Positions 1-9,411 of a stretch of DNA of 64,000 nucleotides are shown piece after piece. The stretch covers positions 62,001 to 126,000 of the forward strand of contig UYFQ01000478.1 of NCBI GenBank assembly GCA_900617105.1, read 5' to 3'. Position 1 is the stretch's first letter. Each line of letters opens with the position of its first letter. The notes under the pieces are model-generated. The model was given only the letters and a program-made list of their open reading frames with translations, was not told the DNA's origin and ran no database searches. A program made the translations under genes and the position numbers. Source of the stretch: Hydrurus foetidus (Eukaryota).

Positions 1-7
1 AGGGACC

Positions 8-414
8 TCAGTGCTGCCCCGCCAGCAGTTGCGCATTGCCCCCCGCCGCAGTCGTATTCACCGTCACGGTTTGCTCCGCGCAGAAGCGGTACAGATAATG
101 CGGCCCACCGGCTTTGGGGCCGGTGCCGCTCAGGCCTTCGCCGCCAAAGGGCTGCACGCCCACCACGGCGCCAATCATGTTGCGGTTGATGTAGATGTTG
201 CCGACATGGGCGGCGCTAGCCAGCGCCTGGGCGCGGCTGTCGATGCGGGTCTGGATGCCCAGCGTCAGGCCATAGCCCAGCGCGTTGATCTGGGTGATCA
301 CGTCCTCAGGATTGCCATCCCAGCGCACCACCTGCAGCACGGGGCCGAAGATTTCGGCCTTCACGTGGGCAATCTGGTCCACCTCAAACGCGTGGGGCGC
401 AATCAGGTTTGCTA
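8..414. repeat. Direct repeat, copy 1 of putA 3' end (copy 2 at 3476-3882)
   Basis: Ungapped alignment by eye at offset 3468; differences are mostly synonymous. Confidence 0.95.
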
Positions 415-496
415 GCGCCAGAGTTGGCGCAAGAGTGCCAATTTGGGTCTGGTCAAACTGAATCCCAGCTATCGGTGTTGTATTTTCATCAGCCAT
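8..496 (-). pseudogene. Duplicated PutA C-terminal ~134 codons fused to an unrelated ~28-aa N-terminus
   Basis: 8-414 is colinear with 3476-3882, with only 5 aa differences. 415-496 (MADENTTPIAGIQFDQTQIGTLAPTL) is unrelated and AT-richer. Confidence 0.85.
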
Positions 497-498
497 TT

Positions 499-1086
499 TT
501 ATTTTCCTTTAATAACAATACGTTTCTTGACTGCCAAAATTGGCATGAGGACCAGCAGAACAAAGACCGCGACACCACTCGCATAGACAATCCCTGGCGC
601 CCACACCGCACGGCCCCAATGGACATAAAACAAAAGCAAGCCCAACCTGGATGCATTGGCTGCATAGGGTAAAAAGAAAAAAATATAGATCAGCAATACG
701 GCCCCAGCTTGCAGTACCAAGAAACTGCCCCAAGAGGTTATTTCCAACATCCCCCGCTCCCCGCTGTGGGGCTGGTACTTGCGGTAAGCCGTATAAATGG
801 TCGGTACCCACCAGAGAGGCATCACACACCACAGCACCGAGTAGACGAAACGGTTGGCCTGGTTGGCCGGGCCGCTGATTTCACCTATGCGGCGTATTTG
901 TATGTTCCAACTCGCCATGAAGTCGGTGAACTCCTTCGCTTGCGGGTATTGATCCAGCACGGTTAAGGGTACGAGGTATGCAAATGCGACCATCAGCAAA
1001 TAACAGGAGATGCCATAAATCCGCTCACCTGTTAGCCAAGAAGCGGACGCAATGGCAGGCGCGACTTGCAATTGCTTCTTACTCAT
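499..1086 (-). CDS. Hypothetical multi-pass membrane protein (~195 aa)
   Basis: About 4 hydrophobic segments; GGAGG SD before the ATG (MSKKQ); low GC. Confidence 0.7.
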   Translation of the reverse strand: MSKKQLQVAPAIASASWLTGERIYGISCYLLMVAFAYLVPLTVLDQYPQAKEFTDFMASWNIQIRRIGEISGPANQANRFVYSVLWCVMPLWWVPTIYTAYRKYQPHSGERGMLEITSWGSFLVLQAGAVLLIYIFFFLPYAANASRLGLLLFYVHWGRAVWAPGIVYASGVAVFVLLVLMPILAVKKRIVIKGK

Positions 1087-1280
1087 GTCGCCACCTCCCA
1101 AGTGATTGCGTTCGTCGCCACTCTATTCCTCAAACCAAACAGGCCTGCAGCCCGCATATCTGTTGCACAAGTAGCTATAAATTCAGGAGTAATCGACATG
1201 TCCGCCTCATTAGTTTCTGTGCTGTCCCACTGCGTGGTCTTTGTCATCTCATCTCTCTTTCTTGGTAATTTCGTTGTCAT
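1083..1280 (-). CDS. Small hypothetical ORF containing a copy of the dispersed repeat
   Basis: ATGA overlaps with both neighbours; about one third is the repeat at 1129-1191. Confidence 0.35.
   Translation of the reverse strand: MTTKLPRKRDEMTKTTQWDSTETNEADMSITPEFIATCATDMRAAGLFGLRNRVATNAITWEVAT
1129..1191 (+). repeat. Dispersed ~60-bp repeat (in small ORF)
   Basis: AAACAGGCCTGCAGCCCGC..TGCACAAGTAGCTATAAATTCAGGAGTA. Confidence 0.7.
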
Positions 1281-2296
1281 TTCACCTCCCCCTGCCGCAT
1301 CCACTTCGTCATGATCCACTTCTCCCCCCGTACCACCGGCGCACCCCCATGCAGGGTCTGGCGGTCCAGTTCGTTGTTGGCATTGGTGTACGAGAAATAC
1401 AAGGCATTGCCCTGTACCGGTTTGATCTTCAGGTCCAACTTGGGGAAGTAGGTTTCCCCACCGTCCTCTACCGTATTGAAATAAACAATCACGGTGGCAA
1501 CCCGCTGCCCACCGTTGCGCATTGCCAGCGGGGTGGTCGGGCTCTCCGGCGGGAAGAAGTCAAAATGTGCGCGGTATTCGCCGCCAAGCTGGTATTGCAG
1601 GACCTGCATGCCTTCCCCGTTTTCAACGGGCCATTGCGTCAAATCAGCGAGGCGTTGTTCTATGTGTCGAATCAGTTCGTTTTCGCCACGCTCAAACCAT
1701 GCGCCCTGGCTGCTTCGGAAGTCTTTGACGACAAGCTGTGCCGTCGCTTGATCGTGTGTTTGCGAAGGAGTCATGTTTGGGCGACTCATTTCAATGAGCG
1801 CTTCACATTCCTCCGCAGAGAGAACGTTGCCGAATAGAACAATGCGCGGTTGATCTAATTTCATCAATACCGATATCTTCCTATCGCCAATTTGCTTGTC
1901 AGAGGGAGTCGGTGTTGGAGCCGTTGCGTAGTTGTAGCCTTGCGACTCACTTTCGAAGCGTGGCCCTTTGATTCTTTGGGCCCAAGCGGCCTTGATTTCC
2001 CGCGAGGCTGCGTCAATCAAGGTTTGCTCCAAAACCCCCTTTTGGATATTGCGGACGACCCACTCCTGCCAATCGCCCATCAAATGGTCAGGGTCTGGAA
2101 AAACAGCATTGGAAGGCTCAGGTGGTTGGCTGCGGATATCCGCAATACACGCGCTCACCGCATCTGCATCAAACTCTCGTTCGACCATCACGCCAATCAA
2201 GGTTGACGATGGGACATTGCGGGCGAGGTTGTCCTGGAGCCAGCGTCGCCAGCTTTCATTGATTGCCTTTGGGGGTTGGATCGCGTTCGCCATCAC
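1277..2296 (-). CDS. 2OG-Fe(II) oxygenase, prolyl 4-hydroxylase type, with duplicated N-terminal helical module
   Basis: HFD (HxD) triad motif, GGQRVAT, GGETYFP and LHGGAPVVRGEKWIMTKW motifs. Confidence 0.85.
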   Translation of the reverse strand: MMANAIQPPKAINESWRRWLQDNLARNVPSSTLIGVMVEREFDADAVSACIADIRSQPPEPSNAVFPDPDHLMGDWQEWVVRNIQKGVLEQTLIDAASREIKAAWAQRIKGPRFESESQGYNYATAPTPTPSDKQIGDRKISVLMKLDQPRIVLFGNVLSAEECEALIEMSRPNMTPSQTHDQATAQLVVKDFRSSQGAWFERGENELIRHIEQRLADLTQWPVENGEGMQVLQYQLGGEYRAHFDFFPPESPTTPLAMRNGGQRVATVIVYFNTVEDGGETYFPKLDLKIKPVQGNALYFSYTNANNELDRQTLHGGAPVVRGEKWIMTKWMRQGEVK

Positions 2297-2620
2297 CGCT
2301 CCCTCAAACTCTCACTACCCGCCCGCTGCACCGGAGAGAGCAGAAACTCAATAATTCTGCGTTTGCCCGTCTTGATCTCCGCCGTCACATTCATCCCCGG
2401 ACTGATAGCAATGTGTTTCCCATCAATCAGCATGTCCTTCTTCTCCAAGGTCAGGGTCGCCGGGTAGTAGCTCCCCTTCTTCTCATCGGTCACAGCATCC
2501 GCCGACACGTTGTCCACCGTCGCCTTGACGGTTCCGTACTTGGTAAAGCTGAAGGTCTCCAGCTTGATCTCCGCCCCTTGGCCTCCGTTGACGAAACCAA
2601 TGTCCTGGTTGGCAATCGAA
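2293..2620 (-). pseudogene. C-terminal fragment of HlyD-family type I secretion adaptor
   Basis: NQDIGFV..G Q..EIKLETFSFTKYG, PGMNVTAEIKTGKRRIIEFLLSP..ESLRER; the 5' part is replaced by an IS91-like end. Confidence 0.85.
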
Positions 2621-3225
2621 CGGATAAGCATTTCAACCGCATGAGACCAAGTATCGCCCCTTGGGAGACCCCTCAACCAATGTAGAAACCCTCGCCGCGC
2701 CGGCAGTAAGGCCGTGCTTGGCCGATCCACCGCCTAAACGCGCTGTTCACAAGAGGGATTAGCGGTGCGCCGGGTATGCCGGGCGCATAGCTACCCGCCA
2801 GCGAGTCTGAGTCACCGTTTGCGCGGTCACCAGTTGATGCGCTGATCGACCTCAAAGTCCGGTGCCGGTTGCGCCGCCAGGTCCCAATCTGCTGGCTCGA
2901 TTTGCGCCCCGTCATCCGTCTGCGCATCGCAGTCATCCCACAGCGGTGGCCCGCGCGCCGGGGATACGTGTGGGGGCTCCGAGTTGGCCACCGCACAACG
3001 GGCACAGCAACGGGAATACTTCGTAGATACGGGCGATCAGAACCGCCCACAGGTAATGCGCTGACCCAGCGGCACCACTCCAAGTGCGCCCTGGCCCGTG
3101 GCGGCTGGCTCGGCCTGCCTCGGGGGTGGTTGTGCCAGCGCCGTCACCGCAGCTCTGAGCGGCGAATTCGGGGCCAGCACGCCAAAGTAGCGATGCCGGT
3201 GGGTGCGCGGCGGTGGCACCAGCGC
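2621..3225 (-). mobile_element. IS91/ISCR-family element remnant (transposase 3' fragment 2827-3225 plus oriIS-like end)
   Basis: PPPRTHRHRYFGVLAPNSPLR, YLWAVLIARIYEVFPLLCPLCGG and ARGPPLWD..DQRINW* fall in shifting frames; GCGGTTGAAATGCTTATCC on the minus strand at 2622-2640. Confidence 0.8.
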
Positions 3226-3249
3226 TGATTCCCGTTGTCATCGATACCA

Positions 3250-3496
3250 ATGTTGGCCCGCCATGGGCGCTGGGTGACGGTGTATTACGGTTGGCGCCCC
3301 AATTTGCCTGATGAGGGGGACAACCACTTGATCGAGCCAAAGCCGGGGCTTAAGCATGAACAAGCTGGTAGAGCAGTTCAGCGCACATGCGCTGTCCGCC
3401 TGGGATACAGAAAACCATTTCCGCGCCGTTGCTGCGACCGGGGATGTGCGAGAGGCGCTGGCAGTGTTAGATCGGTCAGTGCATGCTGGCCAATAA
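3250..3496 (+). pseudogene. Internally deleted PIN toxin / RHH(HicB-like) antitoxin remnant
   Basis: WVTVYYGWRPNLPDEGDNHLIE (PIN-family toxin core) is joined to SRGLSMNKLVEQFSAHALSAWDTENHFRA (antitoxin C-terminal half). Confidence 0.6.
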
Positions 3497-6400
3497 CGCG
3501 GCATTGCCCCCCGCCGCAGTCGTATTCACCGTCACGGTTTGCTCCGCGCAGAAGCGGTACAGATAATGCGGCCCACCCGCCTTGGGGCCGGTTCCGCTTA
3601 AGCCCTCGCCACCAAAGGGCTGCACGCCCACCACTGCGCCAATCATGTTGCGATTGATATAGATGTTGCCCACATGGGCTGCGCTAGCCAGCGCCTGGGC
3701 GCGGCTGTCGATGCGGGTCTGGATGCCCAGCGTCAGGCCATAGCCCAGCGCGTTGATCTGGGCGATCACGTCCTCGGGATTCCCATCCCAGCGCACTACC
3801 TGCAGCACGGGGCCGAAGATTTCGGCCTTCACGTTGGCAATCTGGTCCACCTCAAACGCGTGGGGTGCAATCAGGTTTGCTATCGAACTAGTAGCTGCTG
3901 GCGCAGATTCCACGGTGGCTAGCAGCACTTTTGACTCAAACTTCAGGCGTGCAATGTGGCGCTGGATGTTGTCATAGGCCTCGCGGTCGATCACCGGGCC
4001 CAGGTCGGTCGCCAGGTCGGCGGGGTTGCCGGCCAGCAGCAGTTCGGCCGCGCCTTGCAGCATCTCGATCACGCCATCGGCAATGGCCGAGTGCACCACC
4101 AGCAGGCGCAACGCAGAGCAGCGCTGGCCGGCGGAGCGGAAGGCGCTTTGCACCACGGCGTCCACCACCTGCTCGGGCAGCGCGCTGCTGTCCACCAGCA
4201 TGGCGTTGATGCCACCCGTCTCGGCAATCAGTGGCACGATGGGTCCGTCCTTCGCGGCCAGCGCGCGCTGGATGATCTTGGCCACCTGGGTGGAGCCGGT
4301 GAACACTACACCCGCCACGCCGGGCTGCGCCACCAGGGCCGCGCCCACGGTTTCGCCCGCGCCGTGCAGCAGTTGCAGTGCGTCGGCGGGCACGCCGGCG
4401 GCCACCATCAGGTCCACCGCCGCCTTGGCCACACCCGGGGTTTGTTCGGCCGGCTTGGCCAGCACCGTGTTGCCGGTGGCCAGGGCCGCGGCCACCTGGC
4501 CCATGAAGATGGCCAGCGGGAAGTTCCAGGGGCTGATGCAGACCCAGACGCCGCGTGCCGTCAGGCGCAGGGTGTTGGTTTCGCCAGTTACACCGTACTG
4601 GTAGCCCGCTTGCGCGTTCGCCACCACGGGGCAACTGATGGGCTGCATGATGCGCTGCGCCTCGTCGGCGTAGTAGCGCAAGAAGTCCACCGCCTCACGC
4701 ACCTCGCTCACCGCGTCGCCCCAGGTCTTGAAGGCTTCCTTCACCAGCAGCGCGCAGAACTGCGGCATGGCGGCCTGCAGTGCATCGGCCGCTTTGCGCA
4801 TCACCACGGCGCGTTCTTCCACCGGCACCTTGCTCCACTTTTGATAGCTGCTGGCGCAGGCTGCATAAGCGCTGGGGATGGTTTTGACCTCGCATTCGGG
4901 TACTGCGGGCACGGGGGTGGTGTGCAGCGCGGCCAGCAGCGGGTCGCGGTGGGCGGGCACGGTCAGGTCCAGCCCCGTGCTGTTGGCGCGGGCGCCTGCG
5001 TGGCGGCCAAACAGGTCGGCCGGCAGCGGCAGGCTGGGGTGGGGCTCCAGGCGCAATGGCGAGATCAGCAGCGCCTGCATGCCCACCGATTCGTCGGCCA
5101 GCTGGTGCACAAAGCTGGAGTTGGCGCCGTTCTCCAGCAGGCGGCGCACCAGGTAGGCCAGCAGGTCGCGGTGCGCGCCCACCGGGGCGTAGATGCGGCA
5201 GCTGATCAGCGGGTTCTTCAGCACCTCGCGGTACACGCCCTCGCCCATGCCGTGCAGGCGCTGCAATTCAAAGGCCGCACCCGTCCGTGCTCCCATCTGA
5301 AGAATGGCAGCAATAGTGGCCGCGTTGTGTGTAGCGAACTGCGGGAAGATGGCGTCGGGCACGGCCAAGAGCGCACGCGCGCAGGCCAGGTAGGACACAT
5401 CGGTGTGGTGCTTGTGGGTGAACACCGGGTAGTGCGGCAGGCCCAGCTCCTGGGCACGCTTGACCTCAGCGTCCCAGTACGCCCCCTTGACCAGGCGGCA
5501 CATGAGCTTGACCCGGTGCTTGCGCGCCAGCGCGGTGACGTGTTCAATCAGTTCCAGAGCCCGCGTCTGGTAGGCCTGCATCGCCAGGCCCAGGCCGGTC
5601 CACTGCGGGCAGTGCGTGGCTACGCGCACCAGCAGGGCTTCGAGCACCTCCAGCGACAGCTCCAGGCGGTCCACCTCTTCGGCGTCGATGGTCAGGTTGA
5701 TGTTAGCGTTGGCCGCAGCCATGCACAGCGTCCACACGCGCGGCACCAGATTGAGTAGCACCTGGTCGCGGTACGCGTCTTCGTAGCGCGGGAACAGGGC
5801 GCTGAGTTTGATGGAAATACCGTCATTCTTGGCCAGAGCCCCCGTCCTGCTTGCGCGACCAGCTATAAATTCAATAGCATCGGCATAACTCTTGAGGTAG
5901 CGCAGCGCATCCGCATCGGTGCGGGCGCCCTCGCCCAGCATGTCGTAGCTGAAGCACACATTGGCTTTTTTGCGCGCCGCGTCGGCCTCTTTCATGGCTT
6001 CCGGCATGGTCTGGCCCAGCACAAACTGGCGGCCCAGCAACTGCACGGCGCGCAGTGTGGCGGCCACCACGGTGCGCGCACCCAGCTTGGCCATGATGCC
6101 GGGCGCGTGCTCGGCGTCTGGCAAAAAGTGTTTGGACAACGCAATGGCGGTGCTGGACAGGCGGGCCAGCACCTTGTCGCCACTGGCCTCGAAGTCGGCG
6201 CGGCCTAGCTGGTCGGTGGTGAGCGCAATGGCGGTTTCGGCATCGGGCACGCGTAAGAGCGCCTCGGCCAGGCGCATCAGGGCCAGGCCCTCGGCGCTGG
6301 AGATGGGGTATTCCTTGAGCAGGCTCTCCATGGCCCAGAAAGGCGGCGGGTTGTCGCGCACGGCCTGCACCCAGGGCGCGGCCGCGCGGGCGGCATCGGC

Positions 6401-6502
6401 CCAGTCCAGCGCCGCTTCCAGCGACTGCAAGCGGTGCGAAACGGTGGCGCCCTCGGGGCGGTAGGGGTTGGGCAGGCGGGAAGGGGCGACGACAGGGGGC
6501 AT
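3476..6502 (-). CDS. putA: Bifunctional proline dehydrogenase / P5C dehydrogenase
   Basis: SYDMLGEGART, ISIKLSAL, RLVKGAYWD, YLVRRLLENGANSSF, ETGG, SAGQRCSALR and EIFGP motifs. Confidence 0.97.
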   Translation of the reverse strand: MPPVVAPSRLPNPYRPEGATVSHRLQSLEAALDWADAARAAAPWVQAVRDNPPPFWAMESLLKEYPISSAEGLALMRLAEALLRVPDAETAIALTTDQLGRADFEASGDKVLARLSSTAIALSKHFLPDAEHAPGIMAKLGARTVVAATLRAVQLLGRQFVLGQTMPEAMKEADAARKKANVCFSYDMLGEGARTDADALRYLKSYADAIEFIAGRASRTGALAKNDGISIKLSALFPRYEDAYRDQVLLNLVPRVWTLCMAAANANINLTIDAEEVDRLELSLEVLEALLVRVATHCPQWTGLGLAMQAYQTRALELIEHVTALARKHRVKLMCRLVKGAYWDAEVKRAQELGLPHYPVFTHKHHTDVSYLACARALLAVPDAIFPQFATHNAATIAAILQMGARTGAAFELQRLHGMGEGVYREVLKNPLISCRIYAPVGAHRDLLAYLVRRLLENGANSSFVHQLADESVGMQALLISPLRLEPHPSLPLPADLFGRHAGARANSTGLDLTVPAHRDPLLAALHTTPVPAVPECEVKTIPSAYAACASSYQKWSKVPVEERAVVMRKAADALQAAMPQFCALLVKEAFKTWGDAVSEVREAVDFLRYYADEAQRIMQPISCPVVANAQAGYQYGVTGETNTLRLTARGVWVCISPWNFPLAIFMGQVAAALATGNTVLAKPAEQTPGVAKAAVDLMVAAGVPADALQLLHGAGETVGAALVAQPGVAGVVFTGSTQVAKIIQRALAAKDGPIVPLIAETGGINAMLVDSSALPEQVVDAVVQSAFRSAGQRCSALRLLVVHSAIADGVIEMLQGAAELLLAGNPADLATDLGPVIDREAYDNIQRHIARLKFESKVLLATVESAPAATSSIANLIAPHAFEVDQIANVKAEIFGPVLQVVRWDGNPEDVIAQINALGYGLTLGIQTRIDSRAQALASAAHVGNIYINRNMIGAVVGVQPFGGEGLSGTGPKAGGPHYLYRFCAEQTVTVNTTAAGGNAALLASMH
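3878..3940 (-). repeat. Dispersed ~60-bp repeat, in-frame in putA
   Basis: Reverse complement TTTGAGTCAAAAGTGCTGCTAGCCACC..TGCGCCAGCAGCTACTAGTTCGATAGCA. Confidence 0.8.
4831..4893 (-). repeat. Dispersed ~60-bp repeat, in-frame in putA
   Basis: Reverse complement GGTCAAAACCATCCCCAGCGC..TGCGCCAGCAGCTATCAAAAGTGGAGCA. Confidence 0.7.
5821..5880 (+). repeat. Dispersed ~60-bp repeat, in-frame in putA
   Basis: TTGGCCAGAGCCCCCG..TGCGCGACCAGCTATAAATTCAATAGCA. Confidence 0.8.
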
Positions 6503-6765
6503 ACGAACTCCGGCAGAGGGTGGGACTTATGCGTATTTTCAGAATTTCACGATGAATGTTTATCCAAAAATTCCTCACTATTTAGATAAATACTGAAAAA
6601 TGAAGGCCCTGCGTTGGCGCTGCTGGGCACAAACCGATAGAGTTGTTCCGGGGGTACGCAAGTACGAAATTGCTTCACATCAAATCGTAAGCAGATAAAA
6701 TAATAATGTCATATTTATCATATATGACAGACTTGCCGCAAATCAATAGCCCTTTCTGAGGTTTT

Positions 6766-8520
6766 ATGACGACTCGCAACGCAACCAGCAACGCCGGATT
6801 TGGCTCCTTCTTCCGCTACCACGGCTGGCTGTCGCCAGGCATCCGGTTGTTTCGGCGCATCAGTTTTCCTGCCAAGGCGTCCTGGATCTCCACCATGTTT
6901 TTGCTGCCGCTGGTCATCCTGCTGTGGCTTTTGTGGAGTGCCACTGCCGAGCAGGTCAACACAACACAGAGTGAGCGCCAAGGGCTGACCTATGTGTCTC
7001 CCCTGGTGGACCTGATTGCTGCCGCTCAGAACAACCGCAGGGCCGCCACCGCCAAGGCGCCGGATTTGTCAGAAACCCAAAGCAAGGTGGAAGCCGCTTT
7101 CAGCGCCGTGGCCGCGCGACAAAAAGAACTGGGCACAGCATTTGCTACCAAGGCAGGTTTTGATGCCCTGGACAAGTCCCACAGCGCCATTGCGCGAGCC
7201 CCCGTGCGAGCCAGCCCAGACGAAACATTTGCCGCGCACACAGCCTTCATTGATGCGGCATTGGCATTGATTGGCAACGTGGCGGACGGCTCACAGCTGT
7301 CGCTGGACCCGGAGCTGGACACCTACCACCTGATGAACATGTCCGTCGTATTGGGGCCGCAGTACCAGGAGTACTTGGCGAGACTGCGCGGCCTGGGCAA
7401 CATCGCGCTGCAGGCAAAGGAAACTCCAGGCAGCACACCGCAGCAACTGCAGGCCCTCAACAAAGCGCGCGTACTCATGGAATACATTGATGCGTCGTAT
7501 GAAAATTCATACGCGATTGGGGTGAAGCCTTTCCCAGACGCCGTCAAGGCTTTGGACATGGAGCACACCGACTCAACACGTCAGATCTTCCTCGACGCCG
7601 TTGACAAACAAGTGATGATTCCAACCCCGAGTGGCGATGCAGCCAGCTTTTTGGCGGTGGCCAACACCGCCATCAACAAGCAGCTGGCCATGGACAAAAT
7701 CGCCATGGGGCGCCTGGACTCGCAACTGAGTGCCCGCATTGCACGCCTGCAGGCGGCCTTTTACAGGAACTTGGGGGTATCGCTGATAGGCGTGTTTGCA
7801 GCGCTGTACCTCATGCTGGCTTTCTACAAAGTGATGATGGGTGGCCTGCGCGAAGTGACCGGGCACCTGGAGCAAATCACCTTGGGCAACCTGATCACGG
7901 CGCCCACGCCCTGGGGGAATGACGAAGCGGCCCACCTGATGATCACGCTGCGCGACATGGAGGCCAGCCTGCGCGTCATCGTGCGCAACACGCTGGACGG
8001 CGCGGGCAACGTGAACACCGCCAGCGAGGAAATCGCCTCTGCGTCGCAAGACCTGTCGCGCCGCACCGAGGCCAGCGCCGCGGCGCTGGAGCAGACCGCG
8101 GCCACCATGACCCAGATTTCGGAGACGGTGCAGCGCACCTCTGACACCGTGGCAGGCGCCTCCGAAATTGTGCGCGCCAATGCGGCTGCCGCAGAGCGCG
8201 GCGGCAAGGTGATTGGCCAGGTGGTGGACACCATGCAGGGCATCAACACCTCGTCGGCCAGGATTGCGGACATCATCAGCGTCATTGACGGCATCGCGTT
8301 CCAGACCAACATCCTGGCGCTGAACGCGGCAGTAGAAGCCGCCCGCGCGGGCGAGCAGGGCCGCGGCTTTGCGGTGGTGGCATCCGAGGTGCGTAGCCTG
8401 GCCGGGCGCAGTGCTGAAGCTGCCAAGGAGATGCAAGACGCGATTCTGGAATGCCACATGGTGGCGGGTGGTTTTGACTACCTGCTCAAAACCCGCATGG
8501 CCGAAGGCGGCCTACCGTGA
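6766..8520 (+). pseudogene. Methyl-accepting chemotaxis protein truncated at ~8430 and fused to a PutR fragment
   Basis: Two TM segments, HAMP and [30 protein letters not shown]; the MCP sequence stops after RSAEAAKE. Confidence 0.8.
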
Positions 8521-8613
8521 CTTCGCAGGCACGGTGCTGTGGCAACTGCCGCGCGAGCACGCACTTATGCGGTGATGGAGGAGGTTAAGAACACGACGCG
8601 GCTGCCGCTTTAG
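8430..8613 (+). pseudogene. putR: C-terminal half of Lrp/AsnC regulator (PutR-like), frameshifted
   Basis: [36 protein letters not shown] and TYAVMEEVKNTTRLPL* across frames; divergent from putA. Confidence 0.75.
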
Positions 8614-8633
8614 GTGAGTATGAAAGACAGGGT

Positions 8634-9043
8634 CTACGCCGCCAGCAGATTCTGAAACGGTTGGCCTTTTCCAGCGATAGGCACCGAAATCTCGCTCGTC
8701 CGTGGTCAATATGCGGCCGCGGCGAAGGTGTTCTGCCAGAAGACCAGGGAAGCATCGGCCAAATTTGGCAGGCTGGCGTAGCGCTGCATCATGGCGGAAA
8801 TGCGGCTGGTGTGCTCGGGTGGGATGTCCCATACCAGCAATCCACCATCCGCAACTTCGTCGATCAGCACCTGTGCAAAGCGTGAGCCTAAGGCCGGGTC
8901 ATCAAGTGCGTGGCTTCGGTCAAGACGGGCCATGTGGTGATCCAGCCTTCGGCGACGGTAGGCAATGCCGCGACTGCGCGGGCGTGCCAAGCATCACTTT
9001 TGTCGATCAGCGCGTACAAAAAGCCTGTATCGACAGCGATCAT
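8634..9043 (-). pseudogene. VapC/PIN-domain toxin, frameshifted
   Basis: MIAVDTGFLYAL, TTWPVLTEATHL, LADASLV and ILTTDERDFGAYRW in different frames. Confidence 0.75.
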
Positions 9044-9344
9044 GAGAGGTTCTGCGGCTGTGTTTCCTGGGCTGTGGCGGTTTTTGACATGTCGAGGAGG
9101 GGTATTTGGCCGCTAAATCAGCGTCCAAAAACTGTTTGACGTTGGAGGCGATGTCGCTGCGTCCGCTGTCGCCTTGCCCGATCCAGGCCGACAAGTGCTT
9201 GAGTTGACCGGTTTGGGTGCGTAAGTGGCGATAGTAGAAGTCAACACTGTTGCGCAGCACATCGCTGACCTTCAAGCCTGAGCTGGCGGCAAGGTAGGTG
9301 ATTTGCTGTTCGGCGACACCTTCAAATCGAGCATTGACGCGCAT
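8994..9344 (-). CDS. CopG/RHH-type antitoxin (3' end uncertain)
   Basis: MRVNARFEG..KVSDVLRNSVDFYY..IGQGDSGRSDIASNVK directly upstream of the PIN toxin. Confidence 0.65.
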   Translation of the reverse strand: MRVNARFEGVAEQQITYLAASSGLKVSDVLRNSVDFYYRHLRTQTGQLKHLSAWIGQGDSGRSDIASNVKQFLDADLAAKYPSSTCQKPPQPRKHSRRTSHDRCRYRLFVRADRQK

Positions 9345-9411
9345 GATGACCTCATGGGGGAGTTGTTTGTCATGCATTGTATGACAAACGGGCGGGTTAG
9401 GCTTGAGTGGT

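Noticed and set aside
8..3882. putA repeat pair as a diversity-generating retroelement TR/VR
   Set aside because: Differences are mostly synonymous and not adenine-specific, and no reverse transcriptase is present.
8500..9050. Frameshifted vapC and putR as proof of biological inactivation
   Set aside because: Same short-deletion signature; it cannot be separated from sequencing error without reads.
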